NCBI GenBank assembly: GCA_045597925.1
Contig: JAZLLB010000200.1
Location: 13,574-77,573 of the forward strand
Direction of reading: 5' to 3'
Length of the DNA stretch: 64,000 bases
Source of the DNA: Acutalibacteraceae bacterium
GTDB taxonomy: Bacteria; Bacillota; Clostridia; Oscillospirales; Acutalibacteraceae
Position 1 is the first letter of the stretch. Every line of letters starts with the position of its first letter. The notes under the pieces are model-generated. The model saw nothing but the letters and a program-made list of their open reading frames with translations. It had not been told where the DNA came from and made no database searches. Positions 19,074-28,879 of this stretch are shown here, piece by piece. Made by a program: the position numbers and the translations under genes.

Positions 19074-19670
19074 ATGAGTCAAGTGTCTATAAACGAAATG
19101 CAGCGCAGAATTTATGATTTTCTTGTTGAGCGGAGCAGTGACGGCGTTCCTCCTTCTGTAAGAGAAATATGTTCCGCCGTGGGGCTTAAGTCCACCTCAT
19201 CGGTTCAGGCGCATCTTGACGCGCTGGAGCGTGATGGATATATTTCGCGTGACCCGCTTCTGAAGCGTTCAATAAGAATAGTCGGTCAGGCAGACAATAT
19301 TGTTCAGGTTCCCATAGTCGGCACTGTTACCGCAGGTATGCCGATTCTCGCTGTTGAATCAATTGAGGGCTATTTCCCTTACACAGGGCGTGTATCAAGC
19401 GACAAACAGCTTTTTGCGCTTCATGTCAGAGGTGAAAGCATGATTAACGCCGGTATTCTTGACGGCGACCTTATTATCGCAGAAAAAACGCCTTTTGCGC
19501 GAAACGGTGAAATGGTTGTTGCCCTTATTGAAGACAGCGCTACAGTTAAAACATTTTATAAAGAAAACGGGCATTTCAGACTTCAGCCTGAAAACGATGA
19601 TTATGAGCCGATAATTGTTGACGAGGTTGCCATTCTGGGCAAGGTAGTCGCAAGTATGAGATACTATTGA
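19074..19670 (+). CDS. lexA: LexA SOS repressor
   Basis: Winged-HTH N-terminus 'VREICSAVGLKSTSSVQAHLDALERDGYI', cleavage region 'VGTVTAGMPI', S24 peptidase 'GESMINAGI...GD'. A GTG at 19083 is an alternative start. Confidence 0.95.
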   Translation: MSQVSINEMQRRIYDFLVERSSDGVPPSVREICSAVGLKSTSSVQAHLDALERDGYISRDPLLKRSIRIVGQADNIVQVPIVGTVTAGMPILAVESIEGYFPYTGRVSSDKQLFALHVRGESMINAGILDGDLIIAEKTPFARNGEMVVALIEDSATVKTFYKENGHFRLQPENDDYEPIIVDEVAILGKVVASMRYY

Positions 19671-19700
19671 TTAAAAATTTATAAATCGGGCGGTGATGCC

Positions 19701-20786
19701 TCAGCTTAAAATCAGTGCCAGAATTGCGCTTATTCCCGCCGCTCCGGTAACCGCTCCCGCCGCGATTAAAGCGATTTTCTGCCTGAACAGCTTGTCGGAT
19801 TTACGGGTTTTGTCTTTTTTCGCGGTCAGGCTCTCGTTTACTCTGTTTACGCAGGCAAGCAGTGCGTTCTCCACCGCCGCACGGTAAAGCTGCCTTGAGG
19901 ATTCCCATTCGTTGGCATAGAGCTTTGAAACAAAAGTTTCTTCCTTATCGGCAACGGCATAATATATAAACGTTGAGTCGTCTGTATTGCTCGCGAAGGC
20001 ACTTGACACCGCGCAGGCGTAATCTGCTTTAGATGATACGCGAGTTTTCTGAGCCGCGGAAGCTATGTAGTCTTCAACAGACTGCGAATTTTGGCGGGAC
20101 TCCGGCTTGGCGGCAACAAAAATACTGCCGCGGTTTTCGTCAACTGTGTTAATGCATTCTTCGATAAGCTGTGTGCCTGCAAGCTTTGTGAAAGCAAGGC
20201 GCATCTGATTTTTCTTAAGCAGCGATACAAGCCTTTGGCTCAGACGTATACGCTTGAGACTCGCGATTTCATCTTCACTTTCGGTTCCGGAAATTTCAGA
20301 AAAGAAATCATAAAGCGAACCGAAAACCACTTCGCCTGTTTTAATATTATCAAGCGGAAGCACTATTATACTCTGCGCGCCCGCTGTAACCGAAAATCCG
20401 CAGCATCTGAAATCCGAAACGGCAAATATATCTGACTTTTTCGGAAAGACAGAGTTGTTTTCAAGCGCGGATTTCGTAATTTTATTTTTTTCATAAAGCG
20501 GAAGCAGAGCAGCGTATATATCCTCATTGCGTGAACATTCTATCTTAAACGCTGCGCAAATCATTTTTTTCGCTGAATTATATGCGGAACCCTGAACCGC
20601 AATCACTACGGCGTCTGCGCTTCTGAGCGACTGCGACACTGACAGCATCATTCTTTTGGCGGAAGTAAAACTTTTAAACTTTTCTTCTTCCTGTGAAAAT
20701 GAGTTTGCACAATCGGAAATAATTTTTTTGCTGCCGGAATAAGAGCCGGATTCCTCTTTCGTTAAAGAAAACAGTTTAATATTCAT
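19701..20786 (-). CDS. tail-anchored protein of unknown function
   Basis: 361 aa with no N-terminal signal and a single C-terminal TM 'IALIAAGAVTGAAGISAILALILS'. Last gene of the sortase array. Confidence 0.7.
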   Translation of the reverse strand: MNIKLFSLTKEESGSYSGSKKIISDCANSFSQEEEKFKSFTSAKRMMLSVSQSLRSADAVVIAVQGSAYNSAKKMICAAFKIECSRNEDIYAALLPLYEKNKITKSALENNSVFPKKSDIFAVSDFRCCGFSVTAGAQSIIVLPLDNIKTGEVVFGSLYDFFSEISGTESEDEIASLKRIRLSQRLVSLLKKNQMRLAFTKLAGTQLIEECINTVDENRGSIFVAAKPESRQNSQSVEDYIASAAQKTRVSSKADYACAVSSAFASNTDDSTFIYYAVADKEETFVSKLYANEWESSRQLYRAAVENALLACVNRVNESLTAKKDKTRKSDKLFRQKIALIAAGAVTGAAGISAILALILS

Positions 20787-20815
20787 AATAAAAATCCCTT
20801 GCTGATTAAATATCT

Positions 20816-21643
20816 TTATTGAAACGCTGACGGAAACCTCTGACCGGGATTCGCGCGGGCTGATGATGTATCGGCTTTTCCGCTCTCTCCGTCTCTCAAA
20901 AGGCGCGCCATAACAACGAGCCTTGAATTATCAAAAAGAGTGCTGCACGTCGACATCGTAAGTATCTTATCATTGTAAGAAACATCGGTATCTGTTATAA
21001 AATATGAGCGTTCCATTACTTCGTTGTAAAAATCAGAAAATTCCGCTTCAGAAGAAAAATTCGTTTTCATATAGTCGAATACATATCCGTCATCGTCTTC
21101 AGCTTTTGTGTTTATAAGAAATGCCGCAAAAATCTTCCATTGATAATCTTTATAAACTGTACTGAATGTCACAACCGGCCACCTTTTATATCCGCTGACT
21201 TTTTTATACACATTAAGCAGACCGAACTGGGTGCCGTCTTTCATATTATGACCGTAAATAATTGTGTTCATATCAAGCTCTTCAAGATTATTCCTGAAAT
21301 CGGCAAAGAGCGTGCCGTGCTTATCTTTTTCACCGTCAAGGGTGCGGCGCAGATAGTAATTGTTGTTTTCACACTGAGCCACCGGAAAATCAACACCGAG
21401 ACCGTCAATAACAAGCCGCCCCGAGTAATCGGGGTATTTATTTTTTATAAAGCGGTATTTCCGCTGAATCTTCAAATCGCCCTGAGGAGTCGAAACCGCG
21501 GCGTTTTCGCTGACGTTTAATTCATCTGTCAGACTCTTGAAGTGGAATGGAACCCACACTGAATCATACAGAAGATACACCGAGCTGCATATAATTGCGG
21601 CTGAAGCGAGCGTTATGATGATTCTCTTAGTTTTACTTTTCAT
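20816..21643 (-). CDS. srtB: class B sortase
   Basis: N-terminal TM, and the His/Cys/Arg triad in 'IIYGHNMKDGTQFG', 'LTMSTCS', 'SRLVVMARLL'. ATGA overlap with the upstream gene. Confidence 0.85.
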   Translation of the reverse strand: MKSKTKRIIITLASAAIICSSVYLLYDSVWVPFHFKSLTDELNVSENAAVSTPQGDLKIQRKYRFIKNKYPDYSGRLVIDGLGVDFPVAQCENNNYYLRRTLDGEKDKHGTLFADFRNNLEELDMNTIIYGHNMKDGTQFGLLNVYKKVSGYKRWPVVTFSTVYKDYQWKIFAAFLINTKAEDDDGYVFDYMKTNFSSEAEFSDFYNEVMERSYFITDTDVSYNDKILTMSTCSTLFDNSRLVVMARLLRDGESGKADTSSARANPGQRFPSAFQ

Positions 21644-23310
21644 TTGGAACTTTTGGGCGAAGAACCTGATTCGATTTCCTCGATTCTGCGCTGAATTACT
21701 TCATTTGACTGTGAACCGATGTAGATATCGCCGTTATCATTATTTTTATGTTTCCTATCGTTTTCTTCATCGGTTTTTTGCTCAGAAGATTTATTTTCGC
21801 TCATATATTTTTCCATAACAGCTTTTATTATGGGCTTTTCCTCTGATTCATAATCCGGAGCTTTCTCAGATTCTTCATTTTTTTGTTCTGCCGGTGCGTA
21901 CGTTCCTTTTTCTGAGCTGATTTCCCCGTTGAACTGCGCTTTTCCTTCGCGGGCAATTCTCGCGGCTTCCTCAGCTTCATTCTTCTGTGCGATAGCCCGT
22001 GCCGCTGCTGCTCTCATTTCTTCAAGCTCGGATTTAAGCTTCTCAACTTCACGGCGGGCGGATTCGGCTTCTTTTTCAGCCTTTTTCGCGGCCGCTTTTT
22101 CTTCACCAAGCTTAAGAATTGCCTCTTCTTTTTCTTTCTGAGCCGCTTTTGTTTCTTTTTTCTGCTTCCGCAGAGCCTCTTTTTCTTTTTTTATTCGCTT
22201 TTCCGCTTCCTGTGCCGCGTGCTGTGCTTCAAGCTCAGCCTCTTCTTTCTGGCGGTTCAGAATTTCAAGCTGCTTTTCCGCTTCCTCTTTTTCGGCGGCA
22301 AGTCGTTCACCCTCAGCTTTTGCCGCTTCGACCGCTTCCTCTGCCTTTTTACTGATTTCCTCTTTAACAGTCTCTGCAATTGCATTGCGGATTCTTTCTT
22401 CTTCCGCTTTTGCCGCGTTTTCATCTTCGTTAACAGTTATATCGTCAGGTGCTGTAATCGCCGGAGCTTCTTCGGAAACTTTACCGTCGCGCGCAGCTTT
22501 TTTTGCCGCCTTGCGTGCAGCTTTTTCTGCCTTTCTGCGCTCTTTCGCAGCCTTCTTTTCAGCTTTAATCGCGGCTTTCAGGGCTTTCTTTTCTTCTCTT
22601 CTGCTTATACGTTTTTTTGCTTTTGTAACCTGAGAATGCTCCGCGAAAAGCTGCTGCGTTTCCTCAACCGTTCTTAACGGTTTAACGCTTTCATTCTCCT
22701 GTTCATCAGACTGATACACAACTTTCGTATTAGTACTTTCTTTGTACATATCAAGAAATTTGGGTGCGTTCGGGTCTTTGACAACCTCCGGTTTTTTGAG
22801 AAGCTCGTCATCGGATTTTTTATCGGCTTTGTCTGCATTTTTTATTGCGGAAATATCCAGCTTCGGAGTTTCAACAACCTTAACCTCGCCGTTTTCTTTA
22901 TGCTCATGCTGCAAAACGTGATTTCTGATTTCATCAAGATCGAAGTCGGTTTCGAGTGCCTCCGCTTCTGAAAACAGTTTGCTGAGCGGTGACGGTTTAA
23001 GTCCGTTGCTGTCATTCGGAACGCTTCCCGCGGGGGTGCCGTAATAGTCGTATCCTCTTTTCCCGGGTCTGTGCTTGCGGATAATGCCCGTTTTCTGAGG
23101 AGGTTCCATTGTTTTTCTTACGTCTTCGTCGACCTCAACCTCAGCATAGGTTTTTTTGAGTTCTTCCACGCCTTTTGGTGCGATGTAGCTGCTGAGACTT
23201 TCTGTAGGGTCGGGCAGCGGCTGCCCTTTATCATCAACCGGAATGGCGTCGGGCTTTATCTGTCCAACCGGATTTTCCGGCAATATGGTGTTTTCATAGC
23301 TGTTTGCCAT
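21640..23310 (-). CDS. K/E/A-rich predicted coiled-coil protein, no signal peptide or TM
   Basis: 556 aa. Residues ~230-457 are almost only K/E/A/R. AAAGGAGG SD before ATG 23310. Confidence 0.75.
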   Translation of the reverse strand: MANSYENTILPENPVGQIKPDAIPVDDKGQPLPDPTESLSSYIAPKGVEELKKTYAEVEVDEDVRKTMEPPQKTGIIRKHRPGKRGYDYYGTPAGSVPNDSNGLKPSPLSKLFSEAEALETDFDLDEIRNHVLQHEHKENGEVKVVETPKLDISAIKNADKADKKSDDELLKKPEVVKDPNAPKFLDMYKESTNTKVVYQSDEQENESVKPLRTVEETQQLFAEHSQVTKAKKRISRREEKKALKAAIKAEKKAAKERRKAEKAARKAAKKAARDGKVSEEAPAITAPDDITVNEDENAAKAEEERIRNAIAETVKEEISKKAEEAVEAAKAEGERLAAEKEEAEKQLEILNRQKEEAELEAQHAAQEAEKRIKKEKEALRKQKKETKAAQKEKEEAILKLGEEKAAAKKAEKEAESARREVEKLKSELEEMRAAAARAIAQKNEAEEAARIAREGKAQFNGEISSEKGTYAPAEQKNEESEKAPDYESEEKPIIKAVMEKYMSENKSSEQKTDEENDRKHKNNDNGDIYIGSQSNEVIQRRIEEIESGSSPKSSK

Positions 23311-23364
23311 TCACAATTCCTCCTTTTAAAACCAAGATTCGGGTAAGGTATGTGCCTTTGACTG

Positions 23365-23380
23365 TGCGGTATTGCCTTAA
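23365..23380 (+). repeat. intergenic element tail copy (antisense to local transcription)
   Basis: TGCGGTATTGCCTTAA, in the 77-nt gap between the long sortase gene and the K/E/A-rich gene. Confidence 0.5.
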
Positions 23381-23387
23381 TTTTATA

Positions 23388-24893
23388 TTAGAGTGAAGCT
23401 CTCCACGTACGGTAGGCGGCGTAGGGATTTTCTTTCTGGTTCGCATCATACCACAGCTGGGGTCTGCGGTAATCGCTGTTTTCGTTTACGGTTTTACCGT
23501 CAGTTTTTTCATCTTCTCCTTCGCGCAGAAGTCTGCCCACAACAACAAGTCTTGTGTCAACTCCGCCCTTTTTCAGGTCGTCATACACGTGTGTGCAGGT
23601 TGAAAGAGTGATGATTTTATCTGTTGCCTCAAGACCGGTGTCAGTTGTGTATATCGCGTACTGGTTGAGAAGCTCAATATACCCCTTGAAATTTTCATCG
23701 CTCATATTCGGGTTATAATAATCAAATACAAACCCGCCGTCACAGTCCGCCTGGGTTGTAGCGTAAAATACGGCGTAAATTTTATATTTCAATGCTCCGT
23801 TAAGAGTCTGATACTCAATGACGGGATGCTCTTTATAATAATTTGAGTTTTCATACTTATCAAGCGAACCGAAAAAGAGATTGTTATTCATGTGGTGCGC
23901 ATAAATTACAGTATTTTTGCTCATTGCTTCGGCATTGCATCTGAAATCCATAAAAGGTGTTCCGTAGCGTGCGCCCTTGCCGTAGAAATTTGTATAGCTG
24001 AGGTATTTCATATTGTCAGATGCCTTAACTATCGGATAATCAACAGGTGTTCCCTTGATTGAAATCCAGCCGACCGTTTCGCTGTTCTGCGCATACGCGG
24101 CTCTGAGCTGAGTATTGGCGGGACCGCTCTCGAGATTAATGTATTTTGCCTGAAGGTCGCCGAAAGGCGCGTACTCGGGTGATTTGCCGATGTATTCCAG
24201 ATTAGACGGTTCAGCTTTAGCTTTTCCCGAGAAGAAATATGTATACCCGGCGAATCCGGCACAGCCTAAAAAAGCAATAACGAGAATAGCACATACGGCG
24301 GTATATATTTTGCTCTTTAACGACGGCACATCGGAAACATAGTTAAAATATTCATCGGCAAGCTCAGTCGAATCTTCTGCCGGATTTTCGTCTTCATTTT
24401 CATTGTTTTCAATTGAAAGAATTGAAGAGATGCTGTCAATTTTCTCATCTTCGCTTTCTTCGACCTTAACGGATTGCGGTATTACCACATCATCCTCCGG
24501 AACGCATTCAAGGAGCTTCGCGGATTTTTCCATATTGGCTTTCTGCTTTGCCTCCTCAGCACGTTTCGCGGCAAGAGCTGCTTCGGCGGCCTTTTCCGCG
24601 GCACGGCGTGCCTCTTCTCTTTCACGAGCCGCCTCTTTCTCTGCCTTTAGTCTTGCAGCAGCCTGAGCCTCGGCAAGTTCTTTCTTCCGCTTTTCTTCGA
24701 GAATCAATTCCTTTTCCGCTTTTGCCGCAGCCGCTTTTTCGGTCTCTTCTTTTATTATCTGCTCTTCACGGGCTTTTTTTTCAGCCGCTTTCTGAGCATC
24801 TTCTTCTTCAAAATACTCTTTGAACGGAGTAAGGTCAAAGCTGGTAAGGTCTATTTCGCTTCTTTTCTTTTCAAAATTCTCATCCATAATCAA
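23388..24893 (-). CDS. class B sortase paralog with ~195-aa K/E/A-rich cytoplasmic N-terminal extension
   Basis: TM 'IYTAVCAILVIAFLGCAGFAGYTYFF', then 'VIYAHHMNNNLFFG', 'ITLSTCTH', 'TRLVVVGRLL'. Confidence 0.8.
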   Translation of the reverse strand: MIMDENFEKKRSEIDLTSFDLTPFKEYFEEEDAQKAAEKKAREEQIIKEETEKAAAAKAEKELILEEKRKKELAEAQAAARLKAEKEAAREREEARRAAEKAAEAALAAKRAEEAKQKANMEKSAKLLECVPEDDVVIPQSVKVEESEDEKIDSISSILSIENNENEDENPAEDSTELADEYFNYVSDVPSLKSKIYTAVCAILVIAFLGCAGFAGYTYFFSGKAKAEPSNLEYIGKSPEYAPFGDLQAKYINLESGPANTQLRAAYAQNSETVGWISIKGTPVDYPIVKASDNMKYLSYTNFYGKGARYGTPFMDFRCNAEAMSKNTVIYAHHMNNNLFFGSLDKYENSNYYKEHPVIEYQTLNGALKYKIYAVFYATTQADCDGGFVFDYYNPNMSDENFKGYIELLNQYAIYTTDTGLEATDKIITLSTCTHVYDDLKKGGVDTRLVVVGRLLREGEDEKTDGKTVNENSDYRRPQLWYDANQKENPYAAYRTWRASL

Positions 24894-24913
24894 TTCTCCT
24901 GAAAAATAATATT

Positions 24914-26185
24914 TTAATTTTTACTTGTTTTTCTGTTAATCCAGAGTCTGACCATATTCAACGCGTTTGACGCGTTGACGTATCTGTTGTATTCTCTGCA
25001 GTTTGCGCCGCTGTGACCTGTAAGCAGCTTTTTCACTTCAATGGTACCGTCTTTGGCGGCAAAGCCTATATAGCTTAAACCCACAGGCTTATCAGTTCCG
25101 TCACTGCCGGGACCCGCTATGCCTGTAGCGCTTACCGCCGCGTCTGCTCCGCTTAGCTTCAGAACCCCCAGTGCCATCTGACGTGCCACCTGCTCGCTGA
25201 CCGCGCCGTACAATTCAAGGTCTTTTTCGCTGACATCTAAAATTTTGTGCTTGATTTCATTCGCGTACGAAACAACCCCGCATTCAAAAACCTCTGACGA
25301 ACCGGCGATGGAAGTTATCCTCTGTGAAATAAGGCCGCCGGTACACGATTCCGCTGTGGCAAGCACAAGTCCGTTTTCCTTAAGCATTTCAACAACAGCG
25401 GTTTCGATATTCGGCTTGTCCAAGCCGTAAAATTTGTCTCCCAGCTCCGAAACAATCTTCTCAATAACAGGCCGCATGAGCTCTTCCGCGCTTTCCTCAT
25501 CGTCTGCCATAGCGGTAACTCTTAAAAGAGCCTCACCGTCTTTGGCGTAAGGCGCAACCGTGGGATTTTCACCGTCAAGAAAGCTCTTTACTTTTTCCGC
25601 GAGCGCGCTTTCACCTATGCCGAATGTGCGTATCTCATGTGAAATTATTGTTTTATCCGAAAACCGCGCAAGATACGGTATTGCGCTTTCTTTAAACATA
25701 GCCGTAAGCTCACGTGGAGGACCGGGCAGTATGATAATATGCTTACCGTCTTTTTCCATGGCACAGCCGGGAGCCGTCCCGTTATAATTCACAAAAACAG
25801 TGCAGCCTTCTGGGAGCATAGCTTGCTTAATATTACTTTCGGGCATTTTTATTCTTTTATCGGCAAAATAACGTCTCATCCTCTCAAGACTTTCCTCGTG
25901 AAGGAAGCATTTTCTGCCGAAAAATTCACAGCATATTTCTTTTGTCAAATCATCGGGAGTAGGACCCAGACCGCCGGAGGCGATAATGATGTCGCTTCTT
26001 TCAGCGGCGATTTCAAGAGCCTTCTTCAGTCTTTCGGGGTTATCGCCCACAGTTGTCTGATACAAAACGGCGATGCCCATTTTCGCAAGCTCCAGAGATA
26101 AAAAACGCGCGTCTGTATTCAGAATATCTCCTAAAAGAAGCTCCGTGCCTACACTGATGATTTCACAAGTTGCCAAATTTCTCAC
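24914..26185 (-). CDS. cinA: CinA (competence/damage-inducible protein A; MoCF-type N-domain + PncC-type NMN amidohydrolase C-domain)
   Basis: 'EIISVGTELLLGDILNTDARFLS', 'SGGLGPTPDDLT', C-domain 'LATAESCTGGLIS'. Confidence 0.9.
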   Translation of the reverse strand: MRNLATCEIISVGTELLLGDILNTDARFLSLELAKMGIAVLYQTTVGDNPERLKKALEIAAERSDIIIASGGLGPTPDDLTKEICCEFFGRKCFLHEESLERMRRYFADKRIKMPESNIKQAMLPEGCTVFVNYNGTAPGCAMEKDGKHIIILPGPPRELTAMFKESAIPYLARFSDKTIISHEIRTFGIGESALAEKVKSFLDGENPTVAPYAKDGEALLRVTAMADDEESAEELMRPVIEKIVSELGDKFYGLDKPNIETAVVEMLKENGLVLATAESCTGGLISQRITSIAGSSEVFECGVVSYANEIKHKILDVSEKDLELYGAVSEQVARQMALGVLKLSGADAAVSATGIAGPGSDGTDKPVGLSYIGFAAKDGTIEVKKLLTGHSGANCREYNRYVNASNALNMVRLWINRKTSKN

Positions 26186-27358
26186 CTATTTGTCTATCAT
26201 AATAAATTTCATGTTATCTGTGGCGTCTTTTACAAGAGCGTCAATATCAAGAGCCTTTTCGGCTTCTTCAAGCATATAAAGCTTCGGTCTGGTTCTCGGA
26301 TGCTTCGGTGTGAATACCGTACAGCAGTCCTCAAAGGGAAGAATTGACGTTTCAAACGTGTCAATCTTTCTCGATATCGCGATTACCTCGTCTTTATCCA
26401 TACCGATGAGCGGCCTGAAAACGGGCAGATTCGGAACAGCGTCCGTACAGGCGATTGCCTGCATTGTCTGGCTGGCGACCTGCCCTACGCTCTCACCTGT
26501 GATAAGTGCTCCGCAGTCCTCTTTCAGAGCTATGATTTCAGCGCAGCGCATCATAAATCTTCTCATAACAAGAGTGAACAGGTCTTCGGGACATTTTTCT
26601 TTGATTTCTTCCTGTATCCTCGTGAACGGCACAACATAAAGCGGAATGTGACCGCAGTACTGCGCCACTTTTCTGCACAGTGTGTGAACCTTCATTTCAG
26701 CTCTCGGACTGGTATAAGGCGGTGAGGCAAAATGGATTCCGACAATGTTGAGCCCTCTTTTAGCCATCATCCAGCCTGCGACGGGGCTGTCAATTCCACC
26801 GGAAACAAGCAGAGCCGCTCTGCCCGCCGAACCTACGGGCATTCCGCCCGCTCCTTTTTTCTGATTACCGTGAATATATGCGTATTGGTCACGGATTTCG
26901 ACCATAACAACAAGGTCTGGATTGTGAACGTCAACTCTTATGTGCGGAAACTGTTCAAGAATTTTTCCGCCGACTTCAGCGCATATTTCGGGTGATTTGA
27001 ACGGAAAATGCTTGTCTGACCTCTTTGCCTCAACCTTAAAGGTTTTTGCTTCTTCAAGCTGACCGCGGAGATAATCCCCCGCGCAGCCGAGGATAACATC
27101 CATATCCTTCGGGACCGCCGCGGCTCTTGATAGCGCCGCTATGCCGAATACCTTAAGCAGAATCTTCTCTGCTTCGTCAAGATCCGCGTTTTCATCTTCC
27201 GGCTCAACCATAATAGTTGATTGAGCCGGGGTGAACTTAACTTTTCCGAGTTCTCTGAGGCGGTGGCGCATATTCTTGATTAGAATGTCCTCAAAAGTGC
27301 GCCGGTTAAGCCCCTTGAGTGCCAGCTCGCCGTTTTTAATAAGAATTATTTCCTTCAT
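26186..27358 (-). CDS. thiI: tRNA 4-thiouridine synthase ThiI
   Basis: THUMP-type N-terminus and PP-loop 'LLVSGGIDSPVA'. Directly abuts cinA. Confidence 0.9.
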   Translation of the reverse strand: MKEIILIKNGELALKGLNRRTFEDILIKNMRHRLRELGKVKFTPAQSTIMVEPEDENADLDEAEKILLKVFGIAALSRAAAVPKDMDVILGCAGDYLRGQLEEAKTFKVEAKRSDKHFPFKSPEICAEVGGKILEQFPHIRVDVHNPDLVVMVEIRDQYAYIHGNQKKGAGGMPVGSAGRAALLVSGGIDSPVAGWMMAKRGLNIVGIHFASPPYTSPRAEMKVHTLCRKVAQYCGHIPLYVVPFTRIQEEIKEKCPEDLFTLVMRRFMMRCAEIIALKEDCGALITGESVGQVASQTMQAIACTDAVPNLPVFRPLIGMDKDEVIAISRKIDTFETSILPFEDCCTVFTPKHPRTRPKLYMLEEAEKALDIDALVKDATDNMKFIMIDK

Positions 27359-27376
27359 TTTTAACTCCGTTCGGGA

Positions 27377-28516
27377 TTATTTGATTTTGCGCATTAATGA
27401 TTTCTGCGCCGATTCTATTCCTTCAATAAGATAATCTATTTCTTTCTTCGTTGTGTATCGTGAAATGCTGATTCTGATTGCGCTGTTTATTCTTGCCGTG
27501 TCAAGATTCATAGCGGTAAGCACTTTGCTCTTGTGACCCTTTGAGCAGGCTGAGCCGCCTGAAACGTAAATGTTCATCTCTGAAAGATAATTGAGCATAA
27601 CTTCTGACGGGAAACCGAGAACCGAGACATTTGTGACATACGGTAAAGCGTCGGCGGGTGAGTTTACGATTACTCCGTCAAGCCCGTTAAGACGAAACAG
27701 AAGATAGTCGCGCAGCTCAGTCGTTTTTTCGAGCTGCATATTTATATCCGGCAAAGCGTCAACCGCAGCCCCGAAGCCCGCAATCGCCGGGACAGGCTCT
27801 GTACCGGGACGTATTCCGTGTTCCTGACCTCCGCCGAAAATGTGCGGTGCTATTCTCGCGCCTTTTCGCAGAAAGAGTGCGCCCGCGCCTTTCGGCCCGT
27901 GAATTTTGTGTGAGCTGATTGTCATAAGGTCAACGCCCATTGAATACGGTTTAAGCGGAATTTTGCCAAATGCCTGAACTGCGTCGCAGTGAATAAGCGC
28001 GGGCGCGTTATATTTTCTCGCTGCCGCTTTTGCCTTTTCAACTGCCTGAATTGTTCCGACCTCGTTATTGACAGCCATAATGCTTATAAGCGAGGTTGAC
28101 GTGTTTACCGCCGCCATGAGCTGGCGTTCGTCAAATCTGCCCTTACTGTCGCAGCGCAGAGTTACAACATCATATCCCTGTGCCTCAAGCTGTCTTGCCG
28201 GTTCGCTGACGCTCGGATGCTCAACAGCGGTGAGAACCACTCGCATTCCCCTTGAACGGTATGCGTGCGCCGCACCGAAAACCGCTATATTGTTCGCCTC
28301 CGTTCCGCCTGACGTGAAGTATATTTCATCATCGGAGCATGAGAGCTTTTTGGCTATGCTGTGACGTGCCGCGGCAATCACTTCAGCCGCTTCTATTCCG
28401 CCGTAGTGCAGAGAAGACGGGTTGCCCCAGCAGTTCGTAAGAGTATTGTTTATCGCTTTTATTGATTCAGGGCAAACCGGTGTGGTCGCGCTGTTATCAA
28501 GATAGGCTTCCATCAT
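27377..28516 (-). CDS. cysteine desulfurase (NifS/IscS/NifZ class), likely sulfur donor for ThiI
   Basis: PLP-lysine context 'ISSHKIHGPKG', active-site 'GGSACSKG'. Lies 18 nt upstream of thiI. Confidence 0.9.
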   Translation of the reverse strand: MMEAYLDNSATTPVCPESIKAINNTLTNCWGNPSSLHYGGIEAAEVIAAARHSIAKKLSCSDDEIYFTSGGTEANNIAVFGAAHAYRSRGMRVVLTAVEHPSVSEPARQLEAQGYDVVTLRCDSKGRFDERQLMAAVNTSTSLISIMAVNNEVGTIQAVEKAKAAARKYNAPALIHCDAVQAFGKIPLKPYSMGVDLMTISSHKIHGPKGAGALFLRKGARIAPHIFGGGQEHGIRPGTEPVPAIAGFGAAVDALPDINMQLEKTTELRDYLLFRLNGLDGVIVNSPADALPYVTNVSVLGFPSEVMLNYLSEMNIYVSGGSACSKGHKSKVLTAMNLDTARINSAIRISISRYTTKKEIDYLIEGIESAQKSLMRKIK

Positions 28517-28829
28517 TTAACTTCCCTTCAACGGCAGAACTGACGCCATCATAAAATACATAATGTTATTATACATCATAATTACCTCTCTTGCAATATT
28601 TTTTTGCATATTATTTATATATGAAAGTGAATTTTTTTGCAATATGAAAACATACCGCAAAATCAGAAAAAGTTTCTCTGACTTTGACCTTTGTTTCATA
28701 ATTCATTATATGAAGGTTAAAAATATAGCGTTAAAAACAGAAATTTAAAAAACTGAGAAAATCGGTGAAAAAATAAGAAAATCAGAGCATTGGCGATGTA
28801 ATTTAATATTTGCCGGAAGAAATAATTGT

Positions 28830-28854
28830 TTTGACCTTATTTGACCTTTTGACT
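28830..28854 (-). promoter_or_regulatory. CtsR operator 1, overlapping the -35 of the ctsR operon promoter
   Basis: The reverse complement reads AGTCAAAA-GGTCAAA-TAA-GGTCAAA, a perfect (A/G)GTCAAA-NAN-(A/G)GTCAAA plus a third heptad. Confidence 0.85.
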
Positions 28855-28877
28855 TTCAAAAGGAAAACTCATATAAT
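28849..28877 (+). promoter_or_regulatory. sigmaA-type promoter of ctsR-mcsA-mcsB-clpC
   Basis: -35 TTGACT at 28849-28854, 17-nt spacer, -10 TATAAT at 28872-28877. Confidence 0.7.
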
Positions 28878-28879
28878 AA

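Noticed and set aside
21929-22677. Plus-strand ORFs 21929-22141, 22119-22355, 22219-22677 and 22385-22633 (and 24403-24823 further on)
   Set aside because: They are antisense or alternate-frame artefacts of the purine-rich K/E/A-coding repeats. Their translations are low-complexity S/F/A/L strings with no start context.
28681-28697. Third CtsR site upstream of the cysteine desulfurase gene
   Set aside because: The reverse complement gives AGGTCAAAGTCAGAG. The heptads are adjacent without the 3-nt spacer, the second is degenerate, and the site lies about 170 nt from the nifS-like start.
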